From IMG/VR virus record IMGVR_UViG_3300040751_002535: 64,000 bases of DNA. One strand, 5' to 3'. The DNA is from a virus. The notes beneath the pieces are model-generated. The model did not search any database, was not told the DNA's origin, and worked only from the letters and a program-made list of their open reading frames with translations. Position 1 is the first letter of the stretch, and the number at the start of each line of letters is the position of its first letter. Made by a program: the position numbers and the translations under genes. This document shows, in pieces, positions 48,685 through 57,409 of this stretch.

Positions 48685-48816
48685 ATGAGTTGTGGTTGCG
48701 GAAGATCGCCAACAGGTAGATGTGTTGGCTGGCATAGTTTGACAGAAGAAGAATATCATGTTAAACTAGAAGAATACAATAAAAGACAAGCATTAAAGGA
48801 GAAAAAAGATGCGTGA
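48685..48816 (+). CDS. CDGSH-like Fe-S mini-protein (not in ORF track)
   Basis: AAGGAG RBS; MSCGCGRSPTGRCVGWH. Confidence 0.6.
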   Translation: MSCGCGRSPTGRCVGWHSLTEEEYHVKLEEYNKRQALKEKKDA

Positions 48817-49009
48817 ACAACTAGTTAAGGCAGCACGGATGCATGCCGAAGGAGAACTCGAAAGAGCAAAAACAAACATCTTGGTATACATGAATCACAG
48901 TGTAGGTATTGGTGAACACAGTGATATTGTAGAAGCTATTCAAGAAGAACTTGATAAAATGGCAGCAGCAACTGATCGTATTGAAATGTTAAACTTACAT
49001 TTTAGTTGA
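48809..49009 (+). CDS. Conserved small phage protein
   Basis: VGIGEHSDIVEAIQEEL. Confidence 0.75.
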   Translation: MREQLVKAARMHAEGELERAKTNILVYMNHSVGIGEHSDIVEAIQEELDKMAAATDRIEMLNLHFS

Positions 49010-49034
49010 CAAAAGATCTAAATAATGTTACTAT
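49006..49034 (+). promoter_or_regulatory. Sigma70-like promoter with nested TAAATA late motif
   Basis: TTGACA-17 nt-TACTAT; TAAATA at 49019-49024. Confidence 0.6.
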
Positions 49035-49075
49035 AAACCTATATAGACATCCACGTCTATAACTCGGAGAAATAA

Positions 49076-49807
49076 ATGATAAAAAATAATACTGGACTTG
49101 ATACTGATACTGTAGATACAGTTAAAATAAGTGAAGTCGTTCGCGAGCGCTTGCGTAAAAACGGCGTTCGCTTTTTTGCTAATGACAACATTAGCGAACA
49201 TATTAGTGAATTTGAGTTACAAGAGATTCAAAATGAACTAGCCTACAAGTTTCAAGATGTACTTGAAACATTGATTATCGATACTGATAACGATCCTAAT
49301 AGCGAAGGCACTGCAAAGCGACTTGCTAAAATGTATATTAATGAACTTATGCAAGGACGTTATTTTAAAGCACCTAATGCAACTTCGTTTCCAAATGAAA
49401 CAGACGACCCATATGACGGTATGTTAGTTGTACGCAGTGAACTAAAAAGTGTTTGTTCACATCACCACCAGCCTGTAACAGGTGTTGCGTATATTGGTAT
49501 TCTTGCAGCTGATAAACTTATTGGTCTTAGCAAATACACACGTATTGCACAATGGTGTGCTAGACGTGGAACATTGCAAGAAGAACTGTGTATGGACATT
49601 ACCAAAGAAATTATGAAAGTAACAGGTGCTAAAGACTGCGGTGTTTATATCCAAGCAACACACGGTTGCTGTGAGAATCGTGGCATTATGGCACATAGTT
49701 CGCTTACACAAACAAGTGTGCTTAAAGGTGCATTTAAAACCGATCCAGGTACAAAGAAAGAGTTCTTTGACAACATTAAACTACAGCAGGAGTTTGCACC
49801 AAGATGA
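49076..49807 (+). CDS. folE: GTP cyclohydrolase I
   Basis: SVCSHHHQP, IGLSK, LQEE, HGCCENRG. Confidence 0.95.
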   Translation: MIKNNTGLDTDTVDTVKISEVVRERLRKNGVRFFANDNISEHISEFELQEIQNELAYKFQDVLETLIIDTDNDPNSEGTAKRLAKMYINELMQGRYFKAPNATSFPNETDDPYDGMLVVRSELKSVCSHHHQPVTGVAYIGILAADKLIGLSKYTRIAQWCARRGTLQEELCMDITKEIMKVTGAKDCGVYIQATHGCCENRGIMAHSSLTQTSVLKGAFKTDPGTKKEFFDNIKLQQEFAPR

Positions 49808-49947
49808 GCGATTGGATTAAAATTATAGGTTATCTGATTGCTATTATTGTTATCTTTGGATCTATTGGCTGGTACACAGTACATACATGGAGTGACTGTT
49901 TAGAAGAAAACAGTGTATTAACTTGTGCAAGGATGTTATACAAATGA
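49804..49947 (+). CDS. Small membrane protein (not in ORF track)
   Basis: 47 aa with one TM; ATGA-coupled to both folE and queE. Confidence 0.55.
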   Translation: MSDWIKIIGYLIAIIVIFGSIGWYTVHTWSDCLEENSVLTCARMLYK

Positions 49948-50840
49948 AATTAAGATATAGTGAAGCATTTTACAGTGTGCAAGGTGAAGGTAAGTTTGTA
50001 GGAGTACCTAGTGTATTCCTACGTACATTCGGTTGTAACTTCCGTTGTATGAACTTTGGTGTTGACAAAAGTGTCGGCGATCGTTGGGAACAACACGCAC
50101 GAGGCGAACGTTACAATGCAGAAGTAAAAGCATTGCTCGACGCAGGTGTACACGAAACAACTGAGAAGTTTGAGGACTTGCCTATCATTCACACAGGTTG
50201 TGATACATACGCAAGTATCTATCCTGAGTTTAAGGACTTTAACAAGTTGGCAACTATTGACGAAGTAGTTGAACACTTGCTTAGTTTGTTGCCAGAGGGC
50301 AAATGGACTATGGATAATGGTCAAGACGTGCATTTGATCTTGACAGGTGGCGAACCACTGCTTGCTTGGCAACGGTTGTATGTCGAGTTATTTGAACACC
50401 CAGGTATGAAGGATCTAAAAAATGTCACAATCGAAACCAACACTACGCAGTCTTTACACGATGAATTCTACGAGTATCTCAACAATAACGAACGAATTCA
50501 GGTTACTTTTAGTTGCTCACCGAAGCTATCCGTTTCGGGCGAGTCTTGGGATGATGCTATTAAGCCTGATGTTGCTCGTGAGTATTCCCTTGTTGATGGT
50601 AGCGATATTTATTTTAAGTTTGTTGTTGCTGATAGAAGCGATGTCGACGAAGTTACTCGAGCTGTTCAGCAGTACAGGGATTCCGGGCTGGAATGTCCAG
50701 TATATCTTATGCCAATGGGCGGTCGCAGTGAAGAATATTCCCTTAATGTTAAAGAAGTGGCGGAACTCTGTATGGAAAGAGGATGGCGATTCACTCCCCG
50801 ACTCCACATCAGCTTATTCGGAAATGCCTGGGGGACTTAA
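49944..50840 (+). CDS. queE: 7-carboxy-7-deazaguanine synthase
   Basis: FYSVQGEG, FLRTFGCNFRC...CDT, TGGEP, ETN, SPKL, PRLH. Confidence 0.93.
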   Translation: MKLRYSEAFYSVQGEGKFVGVPSVFLRTFGCNFRCMNFGVDKSVGDRWEQHARGERYNAEVKALLDAGVHETTEKFEDLPIIHTGCDTYASIYPEFKDFNKLATIDEVVEHLLSLLPEGKWTMDNGQDVHLILTGGEPLLAWQRLYVELFEHPGMKDLKNVTIETNTTQSLHDEFYEYLNNNERIQVTFSCSPKLSVSGESWDDAIKPDVAREYSLVDGSDIYFKFVVADRSDVDEVTRAVQQYRDSGLECPVYLMPMGGRSEEYSLNVKEVAELCMERGWRFTPRLHISLFGNAWGT

Positions 50841-50912
50841 TAAGGAAGACTTAGAAATCCTCCAAGGCAAGAAGATTACACAAGAGCAATATGAAAAGGT
50901 AAGGAAACAGAT

Positions 50913-51113
50913 ATGAAAGATCCAAAAGTAACAGATCTTGTAAAACAGTTTAATAAAGATGTGGCGGCGCTTAATAAAACTTGGAAGGCGCTGCAACAGA
51001 ATAATGTTTACGCTCGTGTAAATCTAAAAGGCTCTGCTACATATGCAGAACCTAAATACATCGAAGTAACTGAGATTACACAACATGTAGCATATATGAA
51101 GGAAGAATCATGA
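50913..51113 (+). CDS. Hypothetical protein
   Basis: AAGGA RBS; 66 aa. Confidence 0.6.
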   Translation: MKDPKVTDLVKQFNKDVAALNKTWKALQQNNVYARVNLKGSATYAEPKYIEVTEITQHVAYMKEES

Positions 51114-51514
51114 AACAATGGTTAAAACGCTTTACTGGCATTGAAGCAAAAGAACAAGAACTGGCAGTAGAAGAAGCACGTATCGTAGAAGAAGAAATGA
51201 AACTTCTTAAAAAGAAAGATCCTAAAGCATATGCTACACGCCGCAAAGAGCCTTGGGTAAATGTTCTTGATATGCAAGTAAACGAAGAGAACATCCGAAA
51301 TGGGTTTTTCGAACTTGATTGGAATGACTTGTTTATTAAAGAACTCATTACTAATGGGTACGGCACTAATGATGATCCACAAGAAGAAATTGTAGATCGT
51401 TGGTTCCGTGATATTATTTATAACATGTTAGCAGAGGAAGGCCTGGACACAGATCGAGGTGCTGGTTACATTAATGTTGTACCTATCGACAAAGGACGCA
51501 GTGAAGTATCATGA
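51110..51514 (+). CDS. Conserved hypothetical protein
   Basis: EPWVNVL...GFFELDWN...IVDRWF. Confidence 0.7.
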   Translation: MKQWLKRFTGIEAKEQELAVEEARIVEEEMKLLKKKDPKAYATRRKEPWVNVLDMQVNEENIRNGFFELDWNDLFIKELITNGYGTNDDPQEEIVDRWFRDIIYNMLAEEGLDTDRGAGYINVVPIDKGRSEVS

Positions 51515-51849
51515 AATATGTAATCGATATTGATGGCACCATCTGTAAAGAAGTGATTATTCCTGACAGTGGTGGCAAGAAAGACTATGCAAATCATATT
51601 CCAATGCCTGAGCGCATTGCAAAAGTAAATGCATTGTATGATGCAGGACATACAATCAAATACATGACAGCACGAGGATGTGTAAGCGGTGTAGACTATT
51701 ACGAGCTTACATATGCACAGCTGATGAAGTGGGGTGCAAAGCATCACGAACTAAGTGTTGGCGAAAAAGAAAACTACGATATTTGGATTGACGACAAAGC
51801 ATTTTGGAGTGAAAACTTCTTCCGCGAAACAGGGGAAACTTATGAGTGA
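51511..51849 (+). CDS. HAD phosphatase (capsule-biosynthesis type)
   Basis: DIDGTIC, TARG, IDDKA. Confidence 0.85.
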   Translation: MKYVIDIDGTICKEVIIPDSGGKKDYANHIPMPERIAKVNALYDAGHTIKYMTARGCVSGVDYYELTYAQLMKWGAKHHELSVGEKENYDIWIDDKAFWSENFFRETGETYE

Positions 51850-52168
51850 TTACACATGTGATAACTGGGTCGTTATCAAGATGAAAGGCGATGATCCTCA
51901 CTATCGTCTTCTTGTTGGAACATCTGGTGGTTACTTAGATGGCAACAGTTGGCGTATGAATAGTGGTATCACTGAAGTAAATGAGACCGAAGATAACTAC
52001 TACTTTAAAGGTTCTAGTGGTAGCACATATCGTTGTTATAAAGAGTCGTACAGACTGAGAATGAACAATGCTCATGTCTGGAATCGACTACAAGAACTTC
52101 ATGGCGACAAAGTTGAGATGATGTCAGAAGATACTGACTGGATGAATATGGATTGGATTATCAAATGA
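51842..52168 (+). CDS. Conserved hypothetical phage protein
   Basis: DNWVVIK...GGYLDG.SWRMNSGI...GSSGS.Y.C. Confidence 0.75.
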   Translation: MSDYTCDNWVVIKMKGDDPHYRLLVGTSGGYLDGNSWRMNSGITEVNETEDNYYFKGSSGSTYRCYKESYRLRMNNAHVWNRLQELHGDKVEMMSEDTDWMNMDWIIK

Positions 52169-52359
52169 GTCTGAAAAGTAAATGTGACCAATATGATGTA
52201 GCAGTCAAGGAGTTGTTCAGGCTGCTTGACGCCACTGAAGAAACTGACGAAGGTCGTGAGTTTCATCCAGTAAGAATCGTCTGTTGTCGTAATGATGTGA
52301 CTGAAAAACTTGAGAACGTCTTGGCTACATTAAAAAGCACAATGGAGGATAGAGGATGA
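52165..52359 (+). CDS. Hypothetical protein
   Basis: EETDEGREFHP. Confidence 0.6.
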   Translation: MSLKSKCDQYDVAVKELFRLLDATEETDEGREFHPVRIVCCRNDVTEKLENVLATLKSTMEDRG

Positions 52360-52520
52360 AGTTTACACACCAACACAGTGACGGCACAAAGATTGAAATA
52401 GAAATGGCAGAACATGCGTCTATGGATGCTGTTCTTGAAGAGTTTCAAAACTTCCTTCGTGCCTGTGGATACGTAGTTGAATACAATCAATGTTTAGTTT
52501 TGGAGAATATGGATGAGTAG
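52356..52520 (+). CDS. Small hypothetical protein (not in ORF track)
   Basis: 54 aa, VLEEFQNFLRACGY. Confidence 0.6.
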   Translation: MKFTHQHSDGTKIEIEMAEHASMDAVLEEFQNFLRACGYVVEYNQCLVLENMDE

Positions 52521-53316
52521 ATTTATTGCAGCAATGGATCACAGTGGCGGAAGCACAGGCGGTGTACTAGAACGTTATGGACGTGAGTACACAGAAGATA
52601 ACAAAATGGAACGTGTACACGAAATGCGTATGCGTATGGTTAACTCACCTGCGTTCAACGATAAAAATATTTGGGCAGCAATTCTCTACCAAGACACAGT
52701 TACACGTGGAATGGTTAATATCTTGGATGAAAAAGGTATTGACACGTTCCTAAAGATTGACAGTGGATGTGACGAAGACGGCACACTCAAACAGTTTCCA
52801 GTAAAACAAATGTTAGAGTTTGCTACAAACGGCATTGGTCCTCGAATCTACGGCACCAAGATGCGTAGTATTGTACATGGTACAGGAATGATACATCCTG
52901 TGCTTAAACAACAGTTTACACTTGCTCGTACTATTTGGGAGCATGGGCTTGTGCCTATCATTGAACCCGAAGTGCCCATTGACCATCCTATCAAAGCTGA
53001 AGTTGAAGACGCTCTTATGTATCACTTACAAGAGTTCTTAGATGAATATCCAGGCAAATGTATTCTCAAACTAACACCGCCAGAAACGCCCAACTTGTAT
53101 CATAATCTTACAGTGTTTCCTAACGTAGAACGTGTTGTGTTTCTAAGTGGCGGATACAGCACAGCAGAAGCATGTAATAGACTTGGACTTAATGACAATG
53201 TAAGTGCGAGCTTTAGTAGAGCATTGTCAGAAGGCTTGCGTTATGACTTGACAGACGACGAGTTTAATGCTACAATCAGTAGTAACATTAAACAAATAAC
53301 AGAGGCATCTAAATGA
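52513..53316 (+). CDS. Class I fructose-bisphosphate aldolase (bacterial type)
   Basis: FIAAMDHSGGST, GTKMRS, PIIEPEV, ILKLT, LSGGY, SFSRAL. Confidence 0.9.
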   Translation: MSRFIAAMDHSGGSTGGVLERYGREYTEDNKMERVHEMRMRMVNSPAFNDKNIWAAILYQDTVTRGMVNILDEKGIDTFLKIDSGCDEDGTLKQFPVKQMLEFATNGIGPRIYGTKMRSIVHGTGMIHPVLKQQFTLARTIWEHGLVPIIEPEVPIDHPIKAEVEDALMYHLQEFLDEYPGKCILKLTPPETPNLYHNLTVFPNVERVVFLSGGYSTAEACNRLGLNDNVSASFSRALSEGLRYDLTDDEFNATISSNIKQITEASK

Positions 53317-54296
53317 GCACTTATATCTTAGTAGATACAGCAAACACATTCTTTCGTGCAAGACATGTAGTACGTGGTGATCTTGATACTAAACTCGGCA
53401 TGGCACTACATATTACACTTAATAGTGTAAAGAAAGCATGGTTGGACTTTAATGCAGATCATGTTGTGTTCTGCTTAGAAGGCCGTAGTTGGCGCAAGGA
53501 TTACTACGAGCCTTACAAGCGTAATCGTAAAGAACATCGCGATGCAATGACTACACAACAGCAAGAAGAAGATACATTGTTTTGGGAGATCTTTGATGAG
53601 TTCAAAGACTTTATTGGCAATAAAACTAACTGTACTGTAATGCAAAATCCTGTACTAGAAGCAGATGATCTTATTGCAGGCTGGGTACAGGCACACCCTA
53701 ACGACGATCATGTTATTATCAGTACAGACGGTGACTTTGCACAGTTGATTGCGCCTAATGTACGTCAGTACAATGGGGTAAGTAATACTACTATTACAGT
53801 AGAAGGATATTTTGATGACAAAGGCAAGCCCGTATGCGATAAGAAGACAGGAGAACCTAAGCCTGCTCCACACCCTGAATTCATGTTGTTCGAAAAATGT
53901 ATGCGTGGAGATACTAGTGACAATGTGTTTAGTGCCTATCCAGGTGTTAGAAAAAAAGGTACAAAGAACAAAGTTGGACTAGTTGAAGCATTTGAAGACA
54001 AAACTACAAAAGGCTTTAGTTGGAATAATATGATGTTGCAACGCTGGACTGATCATGAAGGCGTAGAACATCGTGTACTCGATGATTATACACGCAATGT
54101 TACATTGTGCGATTTAACTGCGCAGCCCGAACATATTAGACAAGAAATAGATAACACTGTTGCAGAAGTTAAACCTAAAGACATTACACAAGTTGGCATG
54201 CGTCTTATGAAGTTTTGTGCTAAATGGGATATGCAACGTATTGCAGACCAAGCAGCAAGTTATGCAGATCCATTACAAGCGAGATACCCACAATGA
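53313..54296 (+). CDS. rnh: T4 RNase H-like 5'-3' exonuclease
   Basis: VDTAN, YKRNR, EADDLI, STDGDFAQL, GDTSDN. Confidence 0.9.
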   Translation: MSTYILVDTANTFFRARHVVRGDLDTKLGMALHITLNSVKKAWLDFNADHVVFCLEGRSWRKDYYEPYKRNRKEHRDAMTTQQQEEDTLFWEIFDEFKDFIGNKTNCTVMQNPVLEADDLIAGWVQAHPNDDHVIISTDGDFAQLIAPNVRQYNGVSNTTITVEGYFDDKGKPVCDKKTGEPKPAPHPEFMLFEKCMRGDTSDNVFSAYPGVRKKGTKNKVGLVEAFEDKTTKGFSWNNMMLQRWTDHEGVEHRVLDDYTRNVTLCDLTAQPEHIRQEIDNTVAEVKPKDITQVGMRLMKFCAKWDMQRIADQAASYADPLQARYPQ

Positions 54297-54766
54297 CTAT
54301 GAAAGCTAAACCTGTACTAAAAGATAAGTTTTGGATTGTTGAAGAAGAAGGATTACGAGTCGGTACTCTTTCAAAAAACGATGAAGGATTTGTTGTTAGT
54401 CAAAAAGGTTCTGTTAAGTTTTATCGAAGTGAAAATCAGTTAAAAAAGACATTTGGAAAAAACTTTTTAGTTGCAAATATTAAAAATGAAACTAAACATT
54501 CAAACAGAGAAGTACACGGATATCCAACCCGTACAACTCCTTACAACAGCATGTATGATATTAAACATAAACTGCCATTGTTTACTAAAAGTGAAAAATC
54601 TAAAAGTGTATACTGTGCTGGATATTATCTTGTTAAGTTTAATGTTAACTGGCTTAAAAGTTATTGTCCAAAGCTAATTACTATTGAACGTAATGAATAT
54701 CTAGGTCCATACAAGACTGAGTTAGAAATGAAAGCAGCACTAAGCAATGTCAACAGATCCAATTAA
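54293..54766 (+). CDS. Conserved hypothetical protein
   Basis: LPLFTKS..SKS.YCAGYY...CPKLIT...GPYKT. Confidence 0.7.
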   Translation: MTMKAKPVLKDKFWIVEEEGLRVGTLSKNDEGFVVSQKGSVKFYRSENQLKKTFGKNFLVANIKNETKHSNREVHGYPTRTTPYNSMYDIKHKLPLFTKSEKSKSVYCAGYYLVKFNVNWLKSYCPKLITIERNEYLGPYKTELEMKAALSNVNRSN

Positions 54767-54989
54767 TACAATGCCAATACAGCAGCTGATCCAAATGGTG
54801 AAAGCTGCTGAACAAAGTAAAGCAAGAGAAATAAGACTTGATATAAATCAAGCAAAAATATTAGCACTTACATTAGGCGAAGTTATGGCAAGGTTACATG
54901 GAGATTTAGAAAAAATCATTGATAGTAAACTTGAAAAGCTCAATGAAGATCAAATCATTGAAGTAAATATGGACTCTGGAGCTTGGTAA
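54747..54989 (+). CDS. Hypothetical protein
   Basis: 80-aa ORF. Confidence 0.65.
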   Translation: MSTDPINTMPIQQLIQMVKAAEQSKAREIRLDINQAKILALTLGEVMARLHGDLEKIIDSKLEKLNEDQIIEVNMDSGAW

Positions 54990-55028
54990 AAAGATAAATA
55001 TATGCGTAGTTAATAAAGGAAACGCATT

Positions 55029-55316
55029 ATGAGTAGACCTAAGCCAGTCGTTAGACTTGAATACACAAATAAAGTTACCTATAAATGTGAACAGATTTTA
55101 GATGCAGAAGCTATTTGGGCTGTGTTCTATCAAGATAAACCATTTAACTTAAAAAGTTCAAATGCGTTAACTAACTATCCAGGGCCTAAATATAAAAAAA
55201 CTAGTTTTTCAAATCCAGGACATGCTCATAATCTAGCTAAAAAACTAAACACTATGTTTAACTGCAATGACTTTTCGGTTTATATGTTATCCGAAGGTGA
55301 GAAGTTGTTTGACTGA
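55029..55316 (+). CDS. Conserved hypothetical protein
   Basis: MSRPKP...KYKKTSFSNPGHAHNLA; GATAAATA at 54993 upstream. Confidence 0.75.
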   Translation: MSRPKPVVRLEYTNKVTYKCEQILDAEAIWAVFYQDKPFNLKSSNALTNYPGPKYKKTSFSNPGHAHNLAKKLNTMFNCNDFSVYMLSEGEKLFD

Positions 55317-55692
55317 TAAAGTTACTTATACTAAACTTTTTTTAAAAGAGCTTAATAAAAGTTACAATGATATAAATGTAAAAGAATATATGCCATTGTG
55401 GTGGCAAAACACACGAACCAAAGGCAACGGCGGTTTAAGACTTACTGAAGAAGGATTTGATGTTATTAATCAAATTGGTATTACCACATACGATATTCCA
55501 TATCCAAGAGATATTCCACTAACCACACAGATTATAATACATCTTGATAAGTTTATAACTTGCCCTTACTATCTTACAAATCGAAGTATAACGGTTACAG
55601 ATGAACGCAAAGCAATAGAGCTAGGACTGTTTAGTGGCGACTTACGTAAATACGGATTAACAAAAGCAATGAATCGTTCAAAAAACGGTTGA
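55309..55692 (+). CDS. Hypothetical protein
   Basis: GGLRLTEEG...LDKFITCPYY. Confidence 0.65.
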   Translation: MTDKVTYTKLFLKELNKSYNDINVKEYMPLWWQNTRTKGNGGLRLTEEGFDVINQIGITTYDIPYPRDIPLTTQIIIHLDKFITCPYYLTNRSITVTDERKAIELGLFSGDLRKYGLTKAMNRSKNG

Positions 55693-55716
55693 CACTTGTG
55701 TTTTTTGTGTTATATT
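55689..55716 (+). promoter_or_regulatory. Sigma70-like promoter
   Basis: TTGACA-16 nt-TATATT with an extended -10 TG. Confidence 0.6.
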
Positions 55717-55748
55717 AAGTATATAAACAACGCAAAGAGGGCTTTACA

Positions 55749-56147
55749 ATGTTTACATACAGTAACGATGTTATTTCAGATCTACACAAAGACGCTTATG
55801 GCTTCCGTCCATCGCAGCGTTTCTTTGATGACTGGTCTACATATGCACCTGCAGAGAAGCAAGAGTGCTGGGATATAATGTGCCGTGACATGGAACAGGC
55901 TTGGGCAGAAGAAAAAGTTCAAGAGGCAGCAGATGTTGCCAAGTTTGAAGACCGTGTGCAAGATGTTATTGCAATCGGCGCTGGCAACCGAACTACTGCA
56001 CTTAAATGGATTGTAGGACAAGAAACTTTCTACCACATTCAAGATGTTGAACATTTTGTTTGGCAGCAAGGCATCTTGTTTACAGATTATGGCAAAAAAC
56101 TTATCAAAGAAATTGCCGCTATTGTAACATACAAAGATGCATATTGA
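55749..56147 (+). CDS. Conserved hypothetical phage protein
   Basis: ISDLHKDAYGFRP. Confidence 0.75.
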   Translation: MFTYSNDVISDLHKDAYGFRPSQRFFDDWSTYAPAEKQECWDIMCRDMEQAWAEEKVQEAADVAKFEDRVQDVIAIGAGNRTTALKWIVGQETFYHIQDVEHFVWQQGILFTDYGKKLIKEIAAIVTYKDAY

Positions 56148-56149
56148 GG

Positions 56150-56178
56150 TTGACATCTACAACAACGTTTGTTATATT
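56150..56178 (+). promoter_or_regulatory. Sigma70-like promoter
   Basis: TTGACA-17 nt-TATATT. Confidence 0.65.
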
Positions 56179-56218
56179 AATGTATAGGCACTGAACACAA
56201 ATCTAAAAGGAATATAAA

Positions 56219-57304
56219 ATGTCAGACGTAATTCGCACCGTTTCTCCAAATAAAGCAAAAAACGCTCTTCGTCATGCAATGCAAAAGAAGCGTCCTGTTT
56301 TTCTTTGGGGACCTCCAGGTATTGGTAAATCCGATATTGTAGAACAGATTACTGCAAGTTTTTCTAACTCGCATCTTATTGATATTCGGTTGAGTCTTTG
56401 GGATCCAACTGATATTAAGGGTATTCCATACTTTGACAGTAATAATGTTAAAATGGCATGGGGTGCACCAAGTGAACTGCCAGATGAAAAAATGGCAGCA
56501 CAATATGACCATATCACATTATTCTTAGACGAGATGAACTCTGCGGCACCTGCTGTACAAGCGGCTGCGTATCAGTTGATTTTGAATCGTCGTGTAGGTA
56601 CTTATAAACTACCAGACAATGTTATTATTGTTGCGGCAGGTAACCGTGAAAGCGATAAAGGTGTTACATATCGTATGCCTGCTCCGTTGGCTAACCGTTT
56701 CGTTCACTTGGAACTTGCTGTCAACTTTGATGACTGGTTTGAGTGGGCTGTTGCCAACAATCAGCACACAGACGTTGTAGGTTATTTGACTTTTGCAAAG
56801 AAAGACTTGTATGATTTTGATCCAAAGTCAGCAAGCCGTTCGTTTGCAACACCACGTAGTTGGTCTTTTGTTAGTGAACTAATCGAAGACGAAATTGACG
56901 ACAATACAACTACTGACTTGGTTGCAGGTACAGTAGGTGAAGGTCTTGCTGTCAAGTTTATGGCACACCGTAAGGTTGCCTCAAGTATGCCAAACCCAAC
57001 AGATATTCTAGCAGGTAAAGTAAAAGAGCTAAAAACTAAAGAAATCAGTGCCATGTATTCCTTAACAGTTTCACTCTGCTACGAACTTAAAGAAGCATCT
57101 GATAAAAATGACAAAAAGTTTGATGAAAAAGTCAACAACTTCCTGCGCTTTGCAATGGATAACTTTGACACCGAGCTGGTTGTTATGGGTATTAAACTTG
57201 CTCTCACACAATATGCACTTCCTATCGATCCAGACGAAGTGGAATGCTTTGATGAGTTCCACAATCGCTATGGTAAGTATATTAAGGCAGCGCAACAAGT
57301 TTAA
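56219..57304 (+). CDS. MoxR-type AAA+ ATPase
   Basis: GPPGIGKS, FLDEMN, AAGN, LANRF, TPRSW. Confidence 0.9.
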   Translation: MSDVIRTVSPNKAKNALRHAMQKKRPVFLWGPPGIGKSDIVEQITASFSNSHLIDIRLSLWDPTDIKGIPYFDSNNVKMAWGAPSELPDEKMAAQYDHITLFLDEMNSAAPAVQAAAYQLILNRRVGTYKLPDNVIIVAAGNRESDKGVTYRMPAPLANRFVHLELAVNFDDWFEWAVANNQHTDVVGYLTFAKKDLYDFDPKSASRSFATPRSWSFVSELIEDEIDDNTTTDLVAGTVGEGLAVKFMAHRKVASSMPNPTDILAGKVKELKTKEISAMYSLTVSLCYELKEASDKNDKKFDEKVNNFLRFAMDNFDTELVVMGIKLALTQYALPIDPDEVECFDEFHNRYGKYIKAAQQV

Positions 57305-57312
57305 GTTGGTAC

Positions 57313-57340
57313 ATAATGGGCAGTTTCGGCTGCCCATTAT
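57313..57340 (+). terminator. Stem-loop after the AAA gene
   Basis: ATAATGGGCAG-TTTCGG-CTGCCCATTAT, perfect 11-bp stem. Confidence 0.7.
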
Positions 57341-57352
57341 TCTATTTAAAGG

Positions 57353-57380
57353 TTGACATTAATAGTAAATATGTTATATT
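57353..57380 (+). promoter_or_regulatory. Sigma70-like promoter with nested TAAATA
   Basis: TTGACA-16 nt-TATATT; TAAATA at 57366-57371. Confidence 0.55.
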
Positions 57381-57409
57381 AACTGTATAACGCTTACAAG
57401 AGGTGAGAC

